From Eubacteriales bacterium (GTDB lineage Bacteria; Bacillota; Clostridia; Oscillospirales; QAKW01): a DNA stretch of 64,000 bases. Shown piece after piece: positions 40,564 to 51,800 of the stretch. The notes beneath the pieces were generated by a model that was not told where the DNA came from, did no database searches, and saw only the letters and a program-made list of their open reading frames with translations. A program made the position numbers and the translations under genes. The stretch spans positions 22,387 to 86,386 of the forward strand of contig JAZQJA010000019.1 in assembly GCA_045541455.1 (NCBI GenBank), given 5' to 3'. Positions within the stretch are counted from its first letter, which is position 1, and each line of letters starts with the position of its first letter.

Positions 40564-42453
40564 TTAATTAAATGGTTTAAACGGCTTACCGCCGCCTGAA
40601 TAAAATCTTGAGAAAAATTCGTAAAACTGCAGCCTTAAGCACTGTATTCCTACAATTAGTCCCTCAAGACAGATTACAAATATATTACCGAAAATTAAAA
40701 CGGCTATTTCACCGCCACCGCCAAGCATTTTAGCCATGGCTGTTATTACAAGCATCATACCTGCATGGCTTATCGCAAATGCACCGATACGCACATAGGA
40801 TATAACGTTTGATAAAAATGACAGCATAACCTCAAACAGTTCAAAAAAGTTTTCAACTGCATATTCGCCCCATTTTAACTTAAATGCGTTTTTATCGCCT
40901 TTTAATAGGTTTGAAAGAGGTCCGCCGAGAAAAATAAGAATAAGTGGCAGCACGATAACTGTAAGAATATATGGTGTGGTGAGCAATTTAATATCGGTGA
41001 GGAACGTTAAAAGCGCACCGATTATAAGTCCGTAAAAGAAAACGAAACCGCAAATACCATTGGGCGAGAATAAAAACTTTTTGATGTCGCGTTGGCGGAT
41101 GCCGTTTATAATATTAAGCATCATTGCAACACCTATCAGCATAATGCCAAAGCCTGCGGCAAAGAGCAATATAAACAGCGTGTTGTTGCCGTGTAATACC
41201 GAAAAGCCGTGAATAATCTCTTCGTTTCCAAATATACTTCCGTAGAAAAAGCCGAATATCGTGCTGGACAGACCGATTACCGAGATAATGCTGCCAAGCC
41301 GCATATTTTTAAGTTTCCACGCGAGAAGACCACCGATAAAAAGGACAAGTCCTTGACCTACATCACCAAACATTATTCCGAAAAATATTGTGTATGTAAG
41401 AGCAACAAGCGGGGTTGGGTCCATTTCGTTGTAACTGGGTAAACCGTACATTTCGGTAAACATCTCGAAAAATTTGATTCCCCACGGGTTTTTAATTCGT
41501 GTCGGCGGGGTTACATGTTTTACCTCATTCGGTTCCTCAATGATAAGGTTTATATCATAGTCGTCAGAAATATATTTTTTGAATTTAGGCAGCGCTTTTT
41601 CGGGAACCCAGCCTGCTACAAAAAATTCGTCTTGTGAGCGAAGCGCATATTGTCGTAAATCATAGCATTTAGAAAGGAAATAATATTTCGAATATGCCTT
41701 TACAAGCTCACTGCGGTTCATTGTAGTCATATTGTTACGCGCGTCGTGTAACGCTTCAAGAAGTGTTACAAGTTCGGCATTCTTTTTTGTTAAAAGTTCA
41801 ATCGACTTTTCGGGGGTTTCGTGAATTTTGTCGGACAGAAAAATCTGTTCAAAATATAACGAAGATAACATAGCGTCGGCCGTTGCCTTTTGACCTTTGG
41901 GCACAAGGCTTAACCCCCATATATCTTTACCTTCTTGCCGTAGCGGTAAAAAAGTGACGGCAGTGCCCGACCCAAAATATATAAGATTGTCATACGATGT
42001 TGCAGGCATTTTACCAAACCTTGCATCAATAAATTCCATTGAAAATATTTTATCAAGTTCAACATCAAGGTCGGTAAGCGGTGTAATTTGCCGTATTGCT
42101 TCATTGTTATCTGCAATTTCGGATTCTATAGCCGAAATTTTGCTTTGCAGTTTTTTTAGTTTTTGACTAAACTCATCAACCTTTGCAGTTTCCCCATCAA
42201 TATCTGGGTTGTAGTCGGTTATGTTAACCCGCTCTTTAGCAATTCCCGCAAGATCCATAACGCCTGTCAGGCTTTCTAAAAGACTGCTGTAAGGGTTATC
42301 TGTTTCAAAGGGCACAAGGTTTTTAACGTCTGTTGTAAGCTGTGTTCCCCGCACCGGATCAAAATTTTCCGATGTAAGACAGCATTTAGCAATGTCGTCA
42401 AACTTGTCAATAGGCCCAATAAGACTAATCAGCTTTAGTTTTTGTACCGACAT
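40564..42453 (-). CDS. ntpI: A/V-type ATPase subunit I/a
   Basis: YGLPSYNEMDPT, FGIMFGDVGQG, SYVRIGA, RLQFYEFF. Confidence 0.95.
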   Translation of the reverse strand: MSVQKLKLISLIGPIDKFDDIAKCCLTSENFDPVRGTQLTTDVKNLVPFETDNPYSSLLESLTGVMDLAGIAKERVNITDYNPDIDGETAKVDEFSQKLKKLQSKISAIESEIADNNEAIRQITPLTDLDVELDKIFSMEFIDARFGKMPATSYDNLIYFGSGTAVTFLPLRQEGKDIWGLSLVPKGQKATADAMLSSLYFEQIFLSDKIHETPEKSIELLTKKNAELVTLLEALHDARNNMTTMNRSELVKAYSKYYFLSKCYDLRQYALRSQDEFFVAGWVPEKALPKFKKYISDDYDINLIIEEPNEVKHVTPPTRIKNPWGIKFFEMFTEMYGLPSYNEMDPTPLVALTYTIFFGIMFGDVGQGLVLFIGGLLAWKLKNMRLGSIISVIGLSSTIFGFFYGSIFGNEEIIHGFSVLHGNNTLFILLFAAGFGIMLIGVAMMLNIINGIRQRDIKKFLFSPNGICGFVFFYGLIIGALLTFLTDIKLLTTPYILTVIVLPLILIFLGGPLSNLLKGDKNAFKLKWGEYAVENFFELFEVMLSFLSNVISYVRIGAFAISHAGMMLVITAMAKMLGGGGEIAVLIFGNIFVICLEGLIVGIQCLRLQFYEFFSRFYSGGGKPFKPFN

Positions 42454-43456
42454 AGCTTTCTATCATCTCCCTATTCAAATTGTATCTGACCGATTCGACA
42501 ACGGTCTTAACTTTATTAATTTCACGCTGTTTGTATTCGGTGTAAGCATAAACAACAGCGGGTGCACTTTTTGAAAAATGCAAAAGTTTGCATGCTTTTT
42601 TGCATACAATTTCCGCCGCTGCAAACTCAATGCCATCGTTTGTTACAGCATCTTTAAGTGCGCTGTAAGGGGTGTCGGCAAGTATCGTGGCAAACTCCTT
42701 TTTATTGGCAGCGTTGCAAAACCTTTGTAAAACTTCGTCTGTCAAACGGTATGATGGCCGCATAACAAACGGTATAATTTCGTTTGCCGAGTAGTTAAAA
42801 TACTCACGCAAACGGAATATATTAATAATGTTACGTAAATCGGTGTGTATACCGAAAATAGTGCGTACATCTTCGTCTTTGCTTTTCTTTTTAAGAGTAT
42901 TTCCTATATCCAGATAATAGTTTTTCCACAACTCGTTTTCTATAGAAATATAGTCAAAATTGCCGTCGTTATCGGTTGCACGTTCTATTACCGACGCATA
43001 CCTAGGCGGTAAAATCGAAATTAGTTGTTTAACTGTTTTAACCAAATGCAAAGCACTAAAGTCAAGTTCAGTGTGCTTTTTCATCATAGGTTCGTACAAA
43101 GAAATGTACCCGCCTTTTACAATTTCCGGTGCGTTAAGGTTTCTTAAAAACCATAAAACAGCACCCGTCTCGTATGCCTTAAAAAACATTGAAACGACCT
43201 TTCGGTCGTTCTCTGTAAGCCCTTTAATCAGCCGTGTAAAATCAAGGTAATATTGACTGTATAACACTTTTTCGAGTTGTCCGCGGTGAATACCGCGGAT
43301 ATCTAATGTGCCAAGTGTTTTCTCAAATGCAGGGTGTGCTTTTAAAAACTGAGCACAATCCTCAACATTTTTCATTTCTGAAAGTGTTTTAAAGTCCTGC
43401 CCTGTAAGCCGTTTGCCATACATCGCTTTGGCTTTTGTAATTACAGCGTAATTCAT
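42425..43456 (-). CDS. ntpC: A/V-type ATPase subunit C/d
   Basis: KAKAMYGKRL, HRGQLE, DLRN, ESVRY; operon position. Confidence 0.85.
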   Translation of the reverse strand: MNYAVITKAKAMYGKRLTGQDFKTLSEMKNVEDCAQFLKAHPAFEKTLGTLDIRGIHRGQLEKVLYSQYYLDFTRLIKGLTENDRKVVSMFFKAYETGAVLWFLRNLNAPEIVKGGYISLYEPMMKKHTELDFSALHLVKTVKQLISILPPRYASVIERATDNDGNFDYISIENELWKNYYLDIGNTLKKKSKDEDVRTIFGIHTDLRNIINIFRLREYFNYSANEIIPFVMRPSYRLTDEVLQRFCNAANKKEFATILADTPYSALKDAVTNDGIEFAAAEIVCKKACKLLHFSKSAPAVVYAYTEYKQREINKVKTVVESVRYNLNREMIESYVGTKTKAD

Positions 43457-43764
43457 ACCGTCTCCGTTATATCAGCAAACATTTTATCAACCCATTTATC
43501 GCTGTCTTTTTCAAAACAGTCGTGCATTTTCTTTAGGTTTGATTTAAGTTCTTTTTCAAGTTTTTGAATTTCACTTTCAAGTTCGCTTTTTTTGGCTGTT
43601 TTAAAGTTTTCAATGTTTTCTTTTGCAATTTGCAGATACTCTTGCTTTATGTTTTCAGCATTTTTTATATTTCGTTCGCACTGCTTATGTGTTTTTCTGG
43701 CTATATCCATAATGTGCTGTGCCTTTTGTTCTGCACCAAATGCAGTTTCAAGTATCTTGTCCAT
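43453..43764 (-). CDS. A/V-type ATPase peripheral stalk subunit (G/H-like)
   Basis: 103-aa charged coiled coil, AEQKAQ, first gene of ATPase cluster. Confidence 0.7.
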   Translation of the reverse strand: MDKILETAFGAEQKAQHIMDIARKTHKQCERNIKNAENIKQEYLQIAKENIENFKTAKKSELESEIQKLEKELKSNLKKMHDCFEKDSDKWVDKMFADITETV

Positions 43765-43777
43765 TTTAATCTCCGTT

Positions 43778-45136
43778 TTAGTTTCTGAGCGCGTTTTGAG
43801 GAGCCGGTATACGACCGCCGCGTGAAATGAATTTTTCTGCGCTCTCTTTGTGAACAGGCATTATCGGTGCGCTGCCTAGCAGACCGCCGAATTCAACTTC
43901 GTCGCCGACCGTCTTGCCGTACGCGGGAATAAGACGGACTGCAGTTGTTTTGTTGTTAATAACACCTATACTTATTTCATCAGCGATAATAGCCGAAATT
44001 GTAGATGCCGGTGTATCACCTGGAATAGCAATCATATCAAGACCGACTGAGCAAACAGCAGTCATAGCCTCAAGTTTGTCAAGGGTGAGTGTGCCAATTC
44101 TTGCCGAGTCAATCATACCGGCATCTTCCGAAACGGGAATGAATGCACCTGACAGACCACCGACATGTGATGATGCCATAGCACCACCTTTTTTAACAGC
44201 GTCGTTTAACATAGCAAGGCAGGCAGTGGTACCGTGTGTACCACACCGTTCAAGCCCCATTCTCTCAAGAATGTGAGCAACCGAGTCGCCTATGGCAGGA
44301 GTGGGAGCAAGCGATAAATCAACAATTCCAAAAGGAACACCCAGTCTTTCAGATGCCTCTTTGGCAACAAGTTGACCGACCCTTGTTATTTTAAATGCCG
44401 TTCTTTTTATCGTGTCGGCAATTTCTGTTATATTTGCGTTTGGCAGTTTTCCGATAGCATGGCTTACAACTCCAGGACCCGAAACACCGACGTTAATGGC
44501 ACAGTCTGCTTCACCCACACCGTGAAATGCACCTGCCATAAAGGGATTGTCTTCAGGTACATTTGCAAACACTACAAGTTTTGCACAGCCTATAGAATCG
44601 TTGTCTTTTGTGAGGTATGCTGTTTTTTTGATGGTTTCACCCATCATTCCTATAGCGTCAAGGTTAATGCCGGATTTTGTTGTTGCAACATTGATAGATG
44701 AACAAACATTACCTGTTTCTTTTAGCGCCTGAGGTAATGATTCAATTAATGCAAGGTCGCCTTTTGTAAAGCCTTTATGAACAAGTGCCGAATAACCGCC
44801 GATAAAATTGATACCGCAAGTGGCAGCCGCACGGTCAAGCGTTTTTGCAATTTTAACCATATCGTCGCTGTTCATATTACAAGCAACAAGCGAAATTGGT
44901 GTAACCGATACACGCTTATTAATTATCGGTATACCGTACTGTTTGGAAATATCCTCACCGGTTTTAACAAGGTTTCCCGCAAGTCTTGTAATTTTGTCGT
45001 AAATGTTATCACACAGCTTATCAGGGTTGTCCGACACACAGTCAAAAAGTGAAATGCCCATAGTGACTGTTCGGATATCCAGATGCTGATTGTCTATCAT
45101 CTTGATAGTTTCAAGAATGTCATTAATATTAAGCAT
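43778..45136 (-). CDS. UPF0210/DUF711 (PFL-like) family protein
   Basis: [51 protein letters not shown]. Confidence 0.9.
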   Translation of the reverse strand: MLNINDILETIKMIDNQHLDIRTVTMGISLFDCVSDNPDKLCDNIYDKITRLAGNLVKTGEDISKQYGIPIINKRVSVTPISLVACNMNSDDMVKIAKTLDRAAATCGINFIGGYSALVHKGFTKGDLALIESLPQALKETGNVCSSINVATTKSGINLDAIGMMGETIKKTAYLTKDNDSIGCAKLVVFANVPEDNPFMAGAFHGVGEADCAINVGVSGPGVVSHAIGKLPNANITEIADTIKRTAFKITRVGQLVAKEASERLGVPFGIVDLSLAPTPAIGDSVAHILERMGLERCGTHGTTACLAMLNDAVKKGGAMASSHVGGLSGAFIPVSEDAGMIDSARIGTLTLDKLEAMTAVCSVGLDMIAIPGDTPASTISAIIADEISIGVINNKTTAVRLIPAYGKTVGDEVEFGGLLGSAPIMPVHKESAEKFISRGGRIPAPQNALRN

Positions 45137-45147
45137 TGGAATCTCCC

Positions 45148-45414
45148 TTATATTCTGTGCATCGAATTAAATATATCTTCGTGCATTGTATGTATTTTAA
45201 GACCTATTTGCTCACCTTTTTTGTCAAGTGCGTCAACCACATCACCAAATGGAACATTTTCTGTAACTTTGGCAAGCATAACCATAGCAAAAAGGTCATC
45301 AAAAACCTTTTGAGTAATATCAAGAATATTTATGTTAAGTTCTTTGCAAACAGCCGCAATGTCAGATACAATGCCTATGCGGTCTTTTCCAATTACGGTA
45401 ATTACAATTCTCAT
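45148..45414 (-). CDS. UPF0237 ACT-domain protein
   Basis: [30 protein letters not shown]; usual partner of UPF0210. Confidence 0.9.
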   Translation of the reverse strand: MRIVITVIGKDRIGIVSDIAAVCKELNINILDITQKVFDDLFAMVMLAKVTENVPFGDVVDALDKKGEQIGLKIHTMHEDIFNSMHRI

Positions 45415-45543
45415 AAGTTTCTCCTTTATTTATAATAACAACATTCTAACTCTGTTAATATAAAAAATCAAGTTTTTTTATTTTTTGTTGCAAGTTTATT
45501 AAAATGTGTTAAAATAATAACATAATACATTTTTAGGAGAAAA

Positions 45544-46032
45544 ATGATGAACGATAAAAAATTACTTGCAATACTTGAAAAAAATGCGTTTGCCGACCGT
45601 GCAGAGATAGCAAAAAAACTAAACTGTACTGTTGATGAGGTAAATAGCGCTGTTTCTCGTCTTGAAAAAGAAAAGGTAATTATCGGCTATAACGCGATGG
45701 TAGACTGGGATAAAACAAAGCGTGATTATATAACCGCGATGATAGAACTTAAAATTTCTCCTATAAAAGGCGAAGGTTTTGACAAAGTTGCACGTCGCGT
45801 TTCAAAATATCCGCAGGTTAAGAGTGTTTGTCTTATGTCAGGTTCTTATGATGTACTTTTGTCAATTGAGGGTAAATCACTTACTGAGGTTGCACTTTTT
45901 GTTTCGCAAAAACTTGCCGCGATGGATGGCGTGCTTTCAACTGCCACACATTTTGTTTTAAAAAAATACAAGGATAAAGGGATAAACTACGATGTGCCCG
46001 AAGGTGACACTCGCAGTATTTTCAATATATGA
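45544..46032 (+). CDS. Lrp/AsnC family transcriptional regulator
   Basis: N-terminal HTH, LMSGSYD, STATHFVLKKYK. Confidence 0.9.
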   Translation: MMNDKKLLAILEKNAFADRAEIAKKLNCTVDEVNSAVSRLEKEKVIIGYNAMVDWDKTKRDYITAMIELKISPIKGEGFDKVARRVSKYPQVKSVCLMSGSYDVLLSIEGKSLTEVALFVSQKLAAMDGVLSTATHFVLKKYKDKGINYDVPEGDTRSIFNI

Positions 46033-47192
46033 TGAATTACGATAATATAATTTCAGATAAAGTAAAATCAATAAAACCGTCAGGAATACGCAAGTTCTTT
46101 GATATTGCAGCAGAGTATGACGATATACTCTCGCTGTCTATTGGAGAGCCTGATTTTGAAACGCCTTGGCACATTCGTGAGGCGGGTATTGACTCGCTTG
46201 AACGCGGCAGGACAAAATATACCGCAAATGCCGGTATGACAGAACTTCGCGAGGAAATATCGACATATTTTGGCAGACGGTTTAATTTGAAATATTCGGC
46301 AGATGAAGTGCTTGTAACTGTCGGTGGAAGCGAGGCTATTGATCTTGCAATCCGTGCACTTATAAATCCCGGCGATGAGGTGCTAGTTCCCGAACCGTCG
46401 TTTGTTTGCTATTCGCCAATCACAGCAATGGCAGGCGGTGTTGCCGTTCCTATTGTCACAAAACAAGAGGATGATTTTAAGTTAACGGCTTTAGCACTTA
46501 AATCGGCAATTACTCCAAAAACAAAACTGCTTGTTTTACCTTATCCAAACAATCCAACAGGTGCAATTTTAACTAAAAAAGAACTGTCTGCTCTTGCAAA
46601 AGTTCTTCGTGGCACCAATATAATGGTACTTTCCGACGAAATTTATGCAGAATTGACATACGGTTCAAAGCATACCAGCATTGCCAACATTGACGGCATG
46701 CAGGAGCGCACAATTATCATAAACGGTTTTTCAAAGGCCTATTCTATGACAGGCTGGCGCATGGGCATTGCAGCAGGTCCGTTACCTATTATAAATAAAA
46801 TGAAGCTCATTCATCAATACGGTATTATGAGTGCTCCTACCACAAGTCAGTACGCTGCAATTGAGGCACTTCGCAATGGAGATTCCGACATTGAAATGAT
46901 GCGTGAAGAATATGATAAACGCAGAAAGTTTATACTTAAAGGCCTTCGCGATATGGGGCTTAGATGTTTTGAACCGTTTGGTGCTTTTTATATTTTCCCC
47001 GATATATCAAAGTTTGGTATGTCGAGTGATGAATTTTGCGAGCATCTTTTACATGAACAACGTCTTGCTGTTGTACCGGGCAGTGCCTTTGGTGACAGTG
47101 GTGACGGTTTTTTACGCATATCTTATGCCTATTCGGTTGAAAATATAGAACTGGCCCTTACAAGATTGCAGAAATTTATATCAAAACTATGA
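46029..47192 (+). CDS. class I/II PLP aminotransferase
   Basis: SGIRKFFD, GEPDF, PNNPTG, DEIY, GFSKAYSMTGWR. Confidence 0.9.
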   Translation: MMNYDNIISDKVKSIKPSGIRKFFDIAAEYDDILSLSIGEPDFETPWHIREAGIDSLERGRTKYTANAGMTELREEISTYFGRRFNLKYSADEVLVTVGGSEAIDLAIRALINPGDEVLVPEPSFVCYSPITAMAGGVAVPIVTKQEDDFKLTALALKSAITPKTKLLVLPYPNNPTGAILTKKELSALAKVLRGTNIMVLSDEIYAELTYGSKHTSIANIDGMQERTIIINGFSKAYSMTGWRMGIAAGPLPIINKMKLIHQYGIMSAPTTSQYAAIEALRNGDSDIEMMREEYDKRRKFILKGLRDMGLRCFEPFGAFYIFPDISKFGMSSDEFCEHLLHEQRLAVVPGSAFGDSGDGFLRISYAYSVENIELALTRLQKFISKL

Positions 47193-48031
47193 TTTTAAAG
47201 TCGTATGCAAAAATTAATTTGTCACTTGACCTGGTAGGCAAGCGCGAAGATGGGTATCACCTGCTTAAAACCGTTATGCAAACAGTATCGCTTTGCGATA
47301 TTGTTTCACTTGAACGTATTGAAAGCGGAATTGAGATAAGTTGCAACAGGCGGTATATTCCTACGGATGAGCGTAACATTGTGCACAAGGTTGCAACGGC
47401 GTTTTTTAACCATACGGGTATTAAAGGCGGCGTTCGAATCGGCTTGAAAAAGTATATCCCGTGCGGTGCAGGGCTTGGCGGCGGAAGTTCAAATGGTGCT
47501 GTAGTGCTTGACGGTCTTTGCAAACTCTATGATATTTCAATACCGGTTGAACAAAAGGTGAAAATCACACAGTCAATCGGTGCTGATATACCGTTTTTCT
47601 TTTATGGCGGCACGGCACTTTGTGAGGGAATAGGTGAAAAAATAACCCCCTTAAAATCAATTCCGAAGTGTTGGTTTGTGCTGGCAAAACCGCCAGTTTC
47701 TCTTTCGACAGCGGCAGTTTTTACATCGCCTTTAACAGCCGAAAATTTCGGTGGTAACAGTACAGATGGTGTCATTTCCGGCATTGAAAACAGTAGCCTT
47801 TTACAAATTGCCAAAAGTGCTCAAAACGCGCTTGAACCCGCAAGTTTACAACTTTGTTCTAAAATTCAAAAACTCAAAAAAATGCTTAGTGATTCAGGTG
47901 CCGTTATGTCAATGATGAGCGGTTCGGGATCTACTGTTTACGGTATGTTTACATCTCACGCACAAGCACGAACGGCATATTACAAAATGAAAATATTTTG
48001 TAAAGATACCTACATTGTAAAGCCAATATAA
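47189..48031 (+). CDS. ispE: CDP-ME kinase
   Basis: AKINLSL, DGYH, IPCGAGLGGGSSN, GADIP, MSGSGS. Confidence 0.95.
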   Translation: MILKSYAKINLSLDLVGKREDGYHLLKTVMQTVSLCDIVSLERIESGIEISCNRRYIPTDERNIVHKVATAFFNHTGIKGGVRIGLKKYIPCGAGLGGGSSNGAVVLDGLCKLYDISIPVEQKVKITQSIGADIPFFFYGGTALCEGIGEKITPLKSIPKCWFVLAKPPVSLSTAAVFTSPLTAENFGGNSTDGVISGIENSSLLQIAKSAQNALEPASLQLCSKIQKLKKMLSDSGAVMSMMSGSGSTVYGMFTSHAQARTAYYKMKIFCKDTYIVKPI

Positions 48032-48057
48032 AAAATCCGCAAAAGCGGATTTTTTTT
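48031..48057 (+). terminator. intrinsic terminator
   Basis: AAAAATCCGC-AAAA-GCGGATTTTT. Confidence 0.8.
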
Positions 48058-48087
48058 GTTTTTAAAGTCGATAATGCTTTCAAAGGA

Positions 48088-48729
48088 GTGATTTTCTTGA
48101 AACGTAGACTTATAGTTACAAGTGCTATTTTTACATTATTTTTTGCAATTGTTTTTGGTGTTCTTCATTTTACAAACAAGGATGCTAAAAATGTGCGCGA
48201 AAGTGTGCTAAGATTTCATATCGTTGCAAACTCAGACAGTGACATCGACCAACAAAATAAACTTGCTGTTCGCGATGGTGTTGCTCAACTTTGCAGTGAA
48301 TTGTTTTATGGCGCTGATACTAAACAAGATGCTATAGCTTCAGCGAATATTAATGCATATCAAATAGAGCAAAAAGCACAGCAGATTTTGCTTGAAAACG
48401 GAAGCGACGATAGTGTGAAAATGCAAGTGACCAAGCGTTTTTTCCCAACCCGTCACTATGAGGGAGTATCGTTACCTGCCGGTGTTTACGATACTGTTGA
48501 TATAACTATAGGCGAAGGTAACGGAAAAAATTTTTGGTGTGTTATGTTCCCTGATATATGCGTTGGCGCTGCAACTGATGTGTCAAACAAAGAAAAATTA
48601 TCTGATGTATTAAGCGACGGAGCCCTCTCACTTACTACAGATGACACGCCTTCGGTACGATTTCGGTTTAAACTTGTCGAACTTTACGAAAGCATAAAAA
48701 ATTTTGTCGGCTATATACATTTTGGATAA
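48088..48729 (+). CDS. spoIIR: stage II sporulation protein R
   Basis: LRFHIVANSDS..DQ..KL.VRD, FPTR.Y...LPAG.Y, GKNFWCVMFP. Confidence 0.9.
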   Translation: MIFLKRRLIVTSAIFTLFFAIVFGVLHFTNKDAKNVRESVLRFHIVANSDSDIDQQNKLAVRDGVAQLCSELFYGADTKQDAIASANINAYQIEQKAQQILLENGSDDSVKMQVTKRFFPTRHYEGVSLPAGVYDTVDITIGEGNGKNFWCVMFPDICVGAATDVSNKEKLSDVLSDGALSLTTDDTPSVRFRFKLVELYESIKNFVGYIHFG

Positions 48730-48899
48730 ATAGTTTTAAACTTAAATTTTACGATTGGTAACATCTTACAAAAAGTGCACATTTAGTGCAATTTATGCAA
48801 CATAAAGTTATATATTTTGAATATAGTGTTTGCTATAATAAATTAGTAAAGTTATATTATTAATATATAGCGCGAATAATCCGAAAGGAAGATGTTATT

Positions 48900-51800
48900 A
48901 TGAGTAAAACAAAAAGATTACTCGCTGTGTTTCTTGCAGTATTAATGGTAATGTCATCAGTATCAGTTGTTGCTTTTGCAGAAGATACTGTTGATGCACC
49001 TATATTTGCAGATGTATATTCAAGCGAGGCAGAAAATTATGGTGTTCAGCTTAAAAACACTGCATATTTGGTTGATGCAGGTGCAGCTGCCTATGGAAAC
49101 GGTGATTGGTATATTACCGAGTGGGAAGGCTTTAATTATGCTTTTAAAGTAGGCACAAACGTTTTTGCATCAATTGATGCAGCGCTTGCAGCTGCAGCAA
49201 AAGCAGAAATTGCTGTTCCGCAAATTATGCTTAGCGCAGGTGTATACGGTGACCTTTCAATCAATCAGAATGTTCAGTTTTTCGGTCCTAAGTGGAATGT
49301 TAACCCTAATGTTAAATCTGCAAGCGGTACAGAACCGTTTACTTTAAATCCTGCTTGGGAATCTGACAACGCTGTAATATATACTTTGTTTATTGCCAAT
49401 AAGTTTGACGAAGGCAAAGGCGATTATATTACTCCCAGCCTTAACTTCTCACTTTTCGGTGTTGAAATTCAAGGCCGTGTGGTTGACGCTTACCGTCCTG
49501 ACTGTGACGACCCTGCAAACTACAAGTTCGGCAATATTTTAATGAACCATACCGCTGCAGGTACAAGTTCGTCAATTGCTTCAAAAGTTGCATCGGTAGG
49601 TAGTTTTACATTTGTTACAACTCGTACATACTACACATTCAATTTCGAGAACAGACGTGTAAAACTCGGTGACGGCGCTGCTGACGAGGCTGTTTTCTAC
49701 AACTTACGTCTTCAGAATATGAGCGTTGATCGTTTTATTGGCGAATATATCCCTGCTAAAACAACATTCGACGGTTTGTATTTTGATGCAACACCTTATA
49801 AAAATGTTTCTTATATCAAAATTGGTACAAACTTTGAAGACGGTGCACTTACATTTAAAAACTCATGCTTTGTAAACTCCAATACAGCAAAACGACCAAT
49901 TGATGTGGAGGGCTATAACAAAGCCAATTACGGCACTAGAAAAATGCTTTTAAATATCACTGACAACTTGTTTTATAACGTTTGTCAGACAACTTATGAT
50001 TTAAGATTTTATTCAAACAGTTTTTCTTCAATTAAAATTGAAGGTAACACCGCAGTAAACAGCGGTGCTGCTTTGGAAAATGCTCTGGCGTTTCTTAACA
50101 TTTATGATTATAGCGGCTCAAAGAAATATCCCGCAAATGCCAGCAATGTATCGTATAAAAATAACAGATTCTTTGGCTTTAAAAACTTTAACTTCACCGG
50201 TGGTGCATCAGGAAAAACAGATGCAACAGGTATATATGTATCTGAAAAATACTCACCCGATTGGCAAACAAACCCCGATTTTATCGGAAACGGTGTTGCT
50301 CCTACGGGTAATGTTACTTACACATATTATAATAAAAATGCTGTAATGCTTCCTGATTCTATTGAGGTTGAAAACGCAACTTTAAACGGTGATACATATA
50401 CAGTAACAGCTCCTGCAGGACTTACTTACACTCCGGTTGTAAAAGATACAACTGCAGGAAGAAGCGGTGTAAATGCAATTTACAAATTGTATGCTTCTGA
50501 CGAAAACTTCTCAAATGCTGACTCGTTTGAAGACAGTGAACAACTAAGCCAAATTGAGTTTAACAGTGCTAAATCATATAACATTCTTGCAATAACATCA
50601 CCCGACGGACTTTGCAAAAAGATATATAAACTTGTTGCATGTAAGGCAAACAGCGGCTTAAAACTTGACAGTGTAAGCGGCGGTGCAGGCTCAACTTGCA
50701 CAGACGATACTGTAAGATACGAACTCAAAACAGCAAGAGATGAAGAGAACATTACAGTAAGCATTGCTCCTATTGCTGGTGCAACAATCACAGGAATTGT
50801 AAATAATGCTACCGGTGAAGCGGTTACACATACAAATGGTGTGTTTAACATTAAACTTGACCTTGGTGAAAGCATTGAATATAAAGTTGGCCTTTCAGGT
50901 CAAGGCACAACAGACAGTGTATTTGTAAATGTAACCCGTGCTTATAGTGACGCTTGTGAACTTGTTGGTGTTACCGGCCTTACAAATAACGCAGGTACAT
51001 ATACTGCAAGTGTTGACTATAACACAACAGAATATGCATTTACAGTTCAACTCCCGCTTTATGCAAAAGCAGCTCTTTATCAAGGTTCTTCTGTATTTAC
51101 TGCCGATGAAAACGGCAAAATTACAGCAAGAAGACTTGCTACCGGTGATAACGTATTTACCCTCGGTATCCTTGCAGAAGACGGCAAGACTTTAAATAAC
51201 ATTGATGTTGTAATTACAAGAGCTAAAAATAATGCTGCAGAAGTTCTTGATATTACAAATGCAAAAAAGGTTGACGGCGGTTACACAGTAACAGTTACAG
51301 ATCCATTTGAAATAAAAGCAGTTGTATCACAGGGTGCAACTTACAAAATTTACTCCGATGCTGCTTGCACAAACGAAATTTCTTCAACAGTTGAAGCAAA
51401 AGACGGCGTGTATTACATTGTTGCAACATCAGAAGATGGCTCAAACAATAGTGCTGTTGTAAAACTCACAGTAGTTAAACTTTCTGAAACCCTTTCAGTT
51501 GAGGGCGCTGTTGCAGATAAAGATAACGATAAACTTTTAGTCTTAACACTTGCAAAAGACCTTAAAGAAACAACTCTTAATGTAATATCAAGCGTTCCTT
51601 ATGAACTCTATGCTGATAAAAACCTTACTGTAAAATCAGGTGCTAAAATCGCTCTTTCACAAGGAACAACTTATATCTATGCAAAGGTTACAACAACAGG
51701 CGTTGTTTATACAATCGCAATTGTTTCAGACAGAAGTGTTGTTAACTATACAGATGCCGCTTCAATTCCAGGCTGGGCACAGTCAGCAATCACAAAGCTC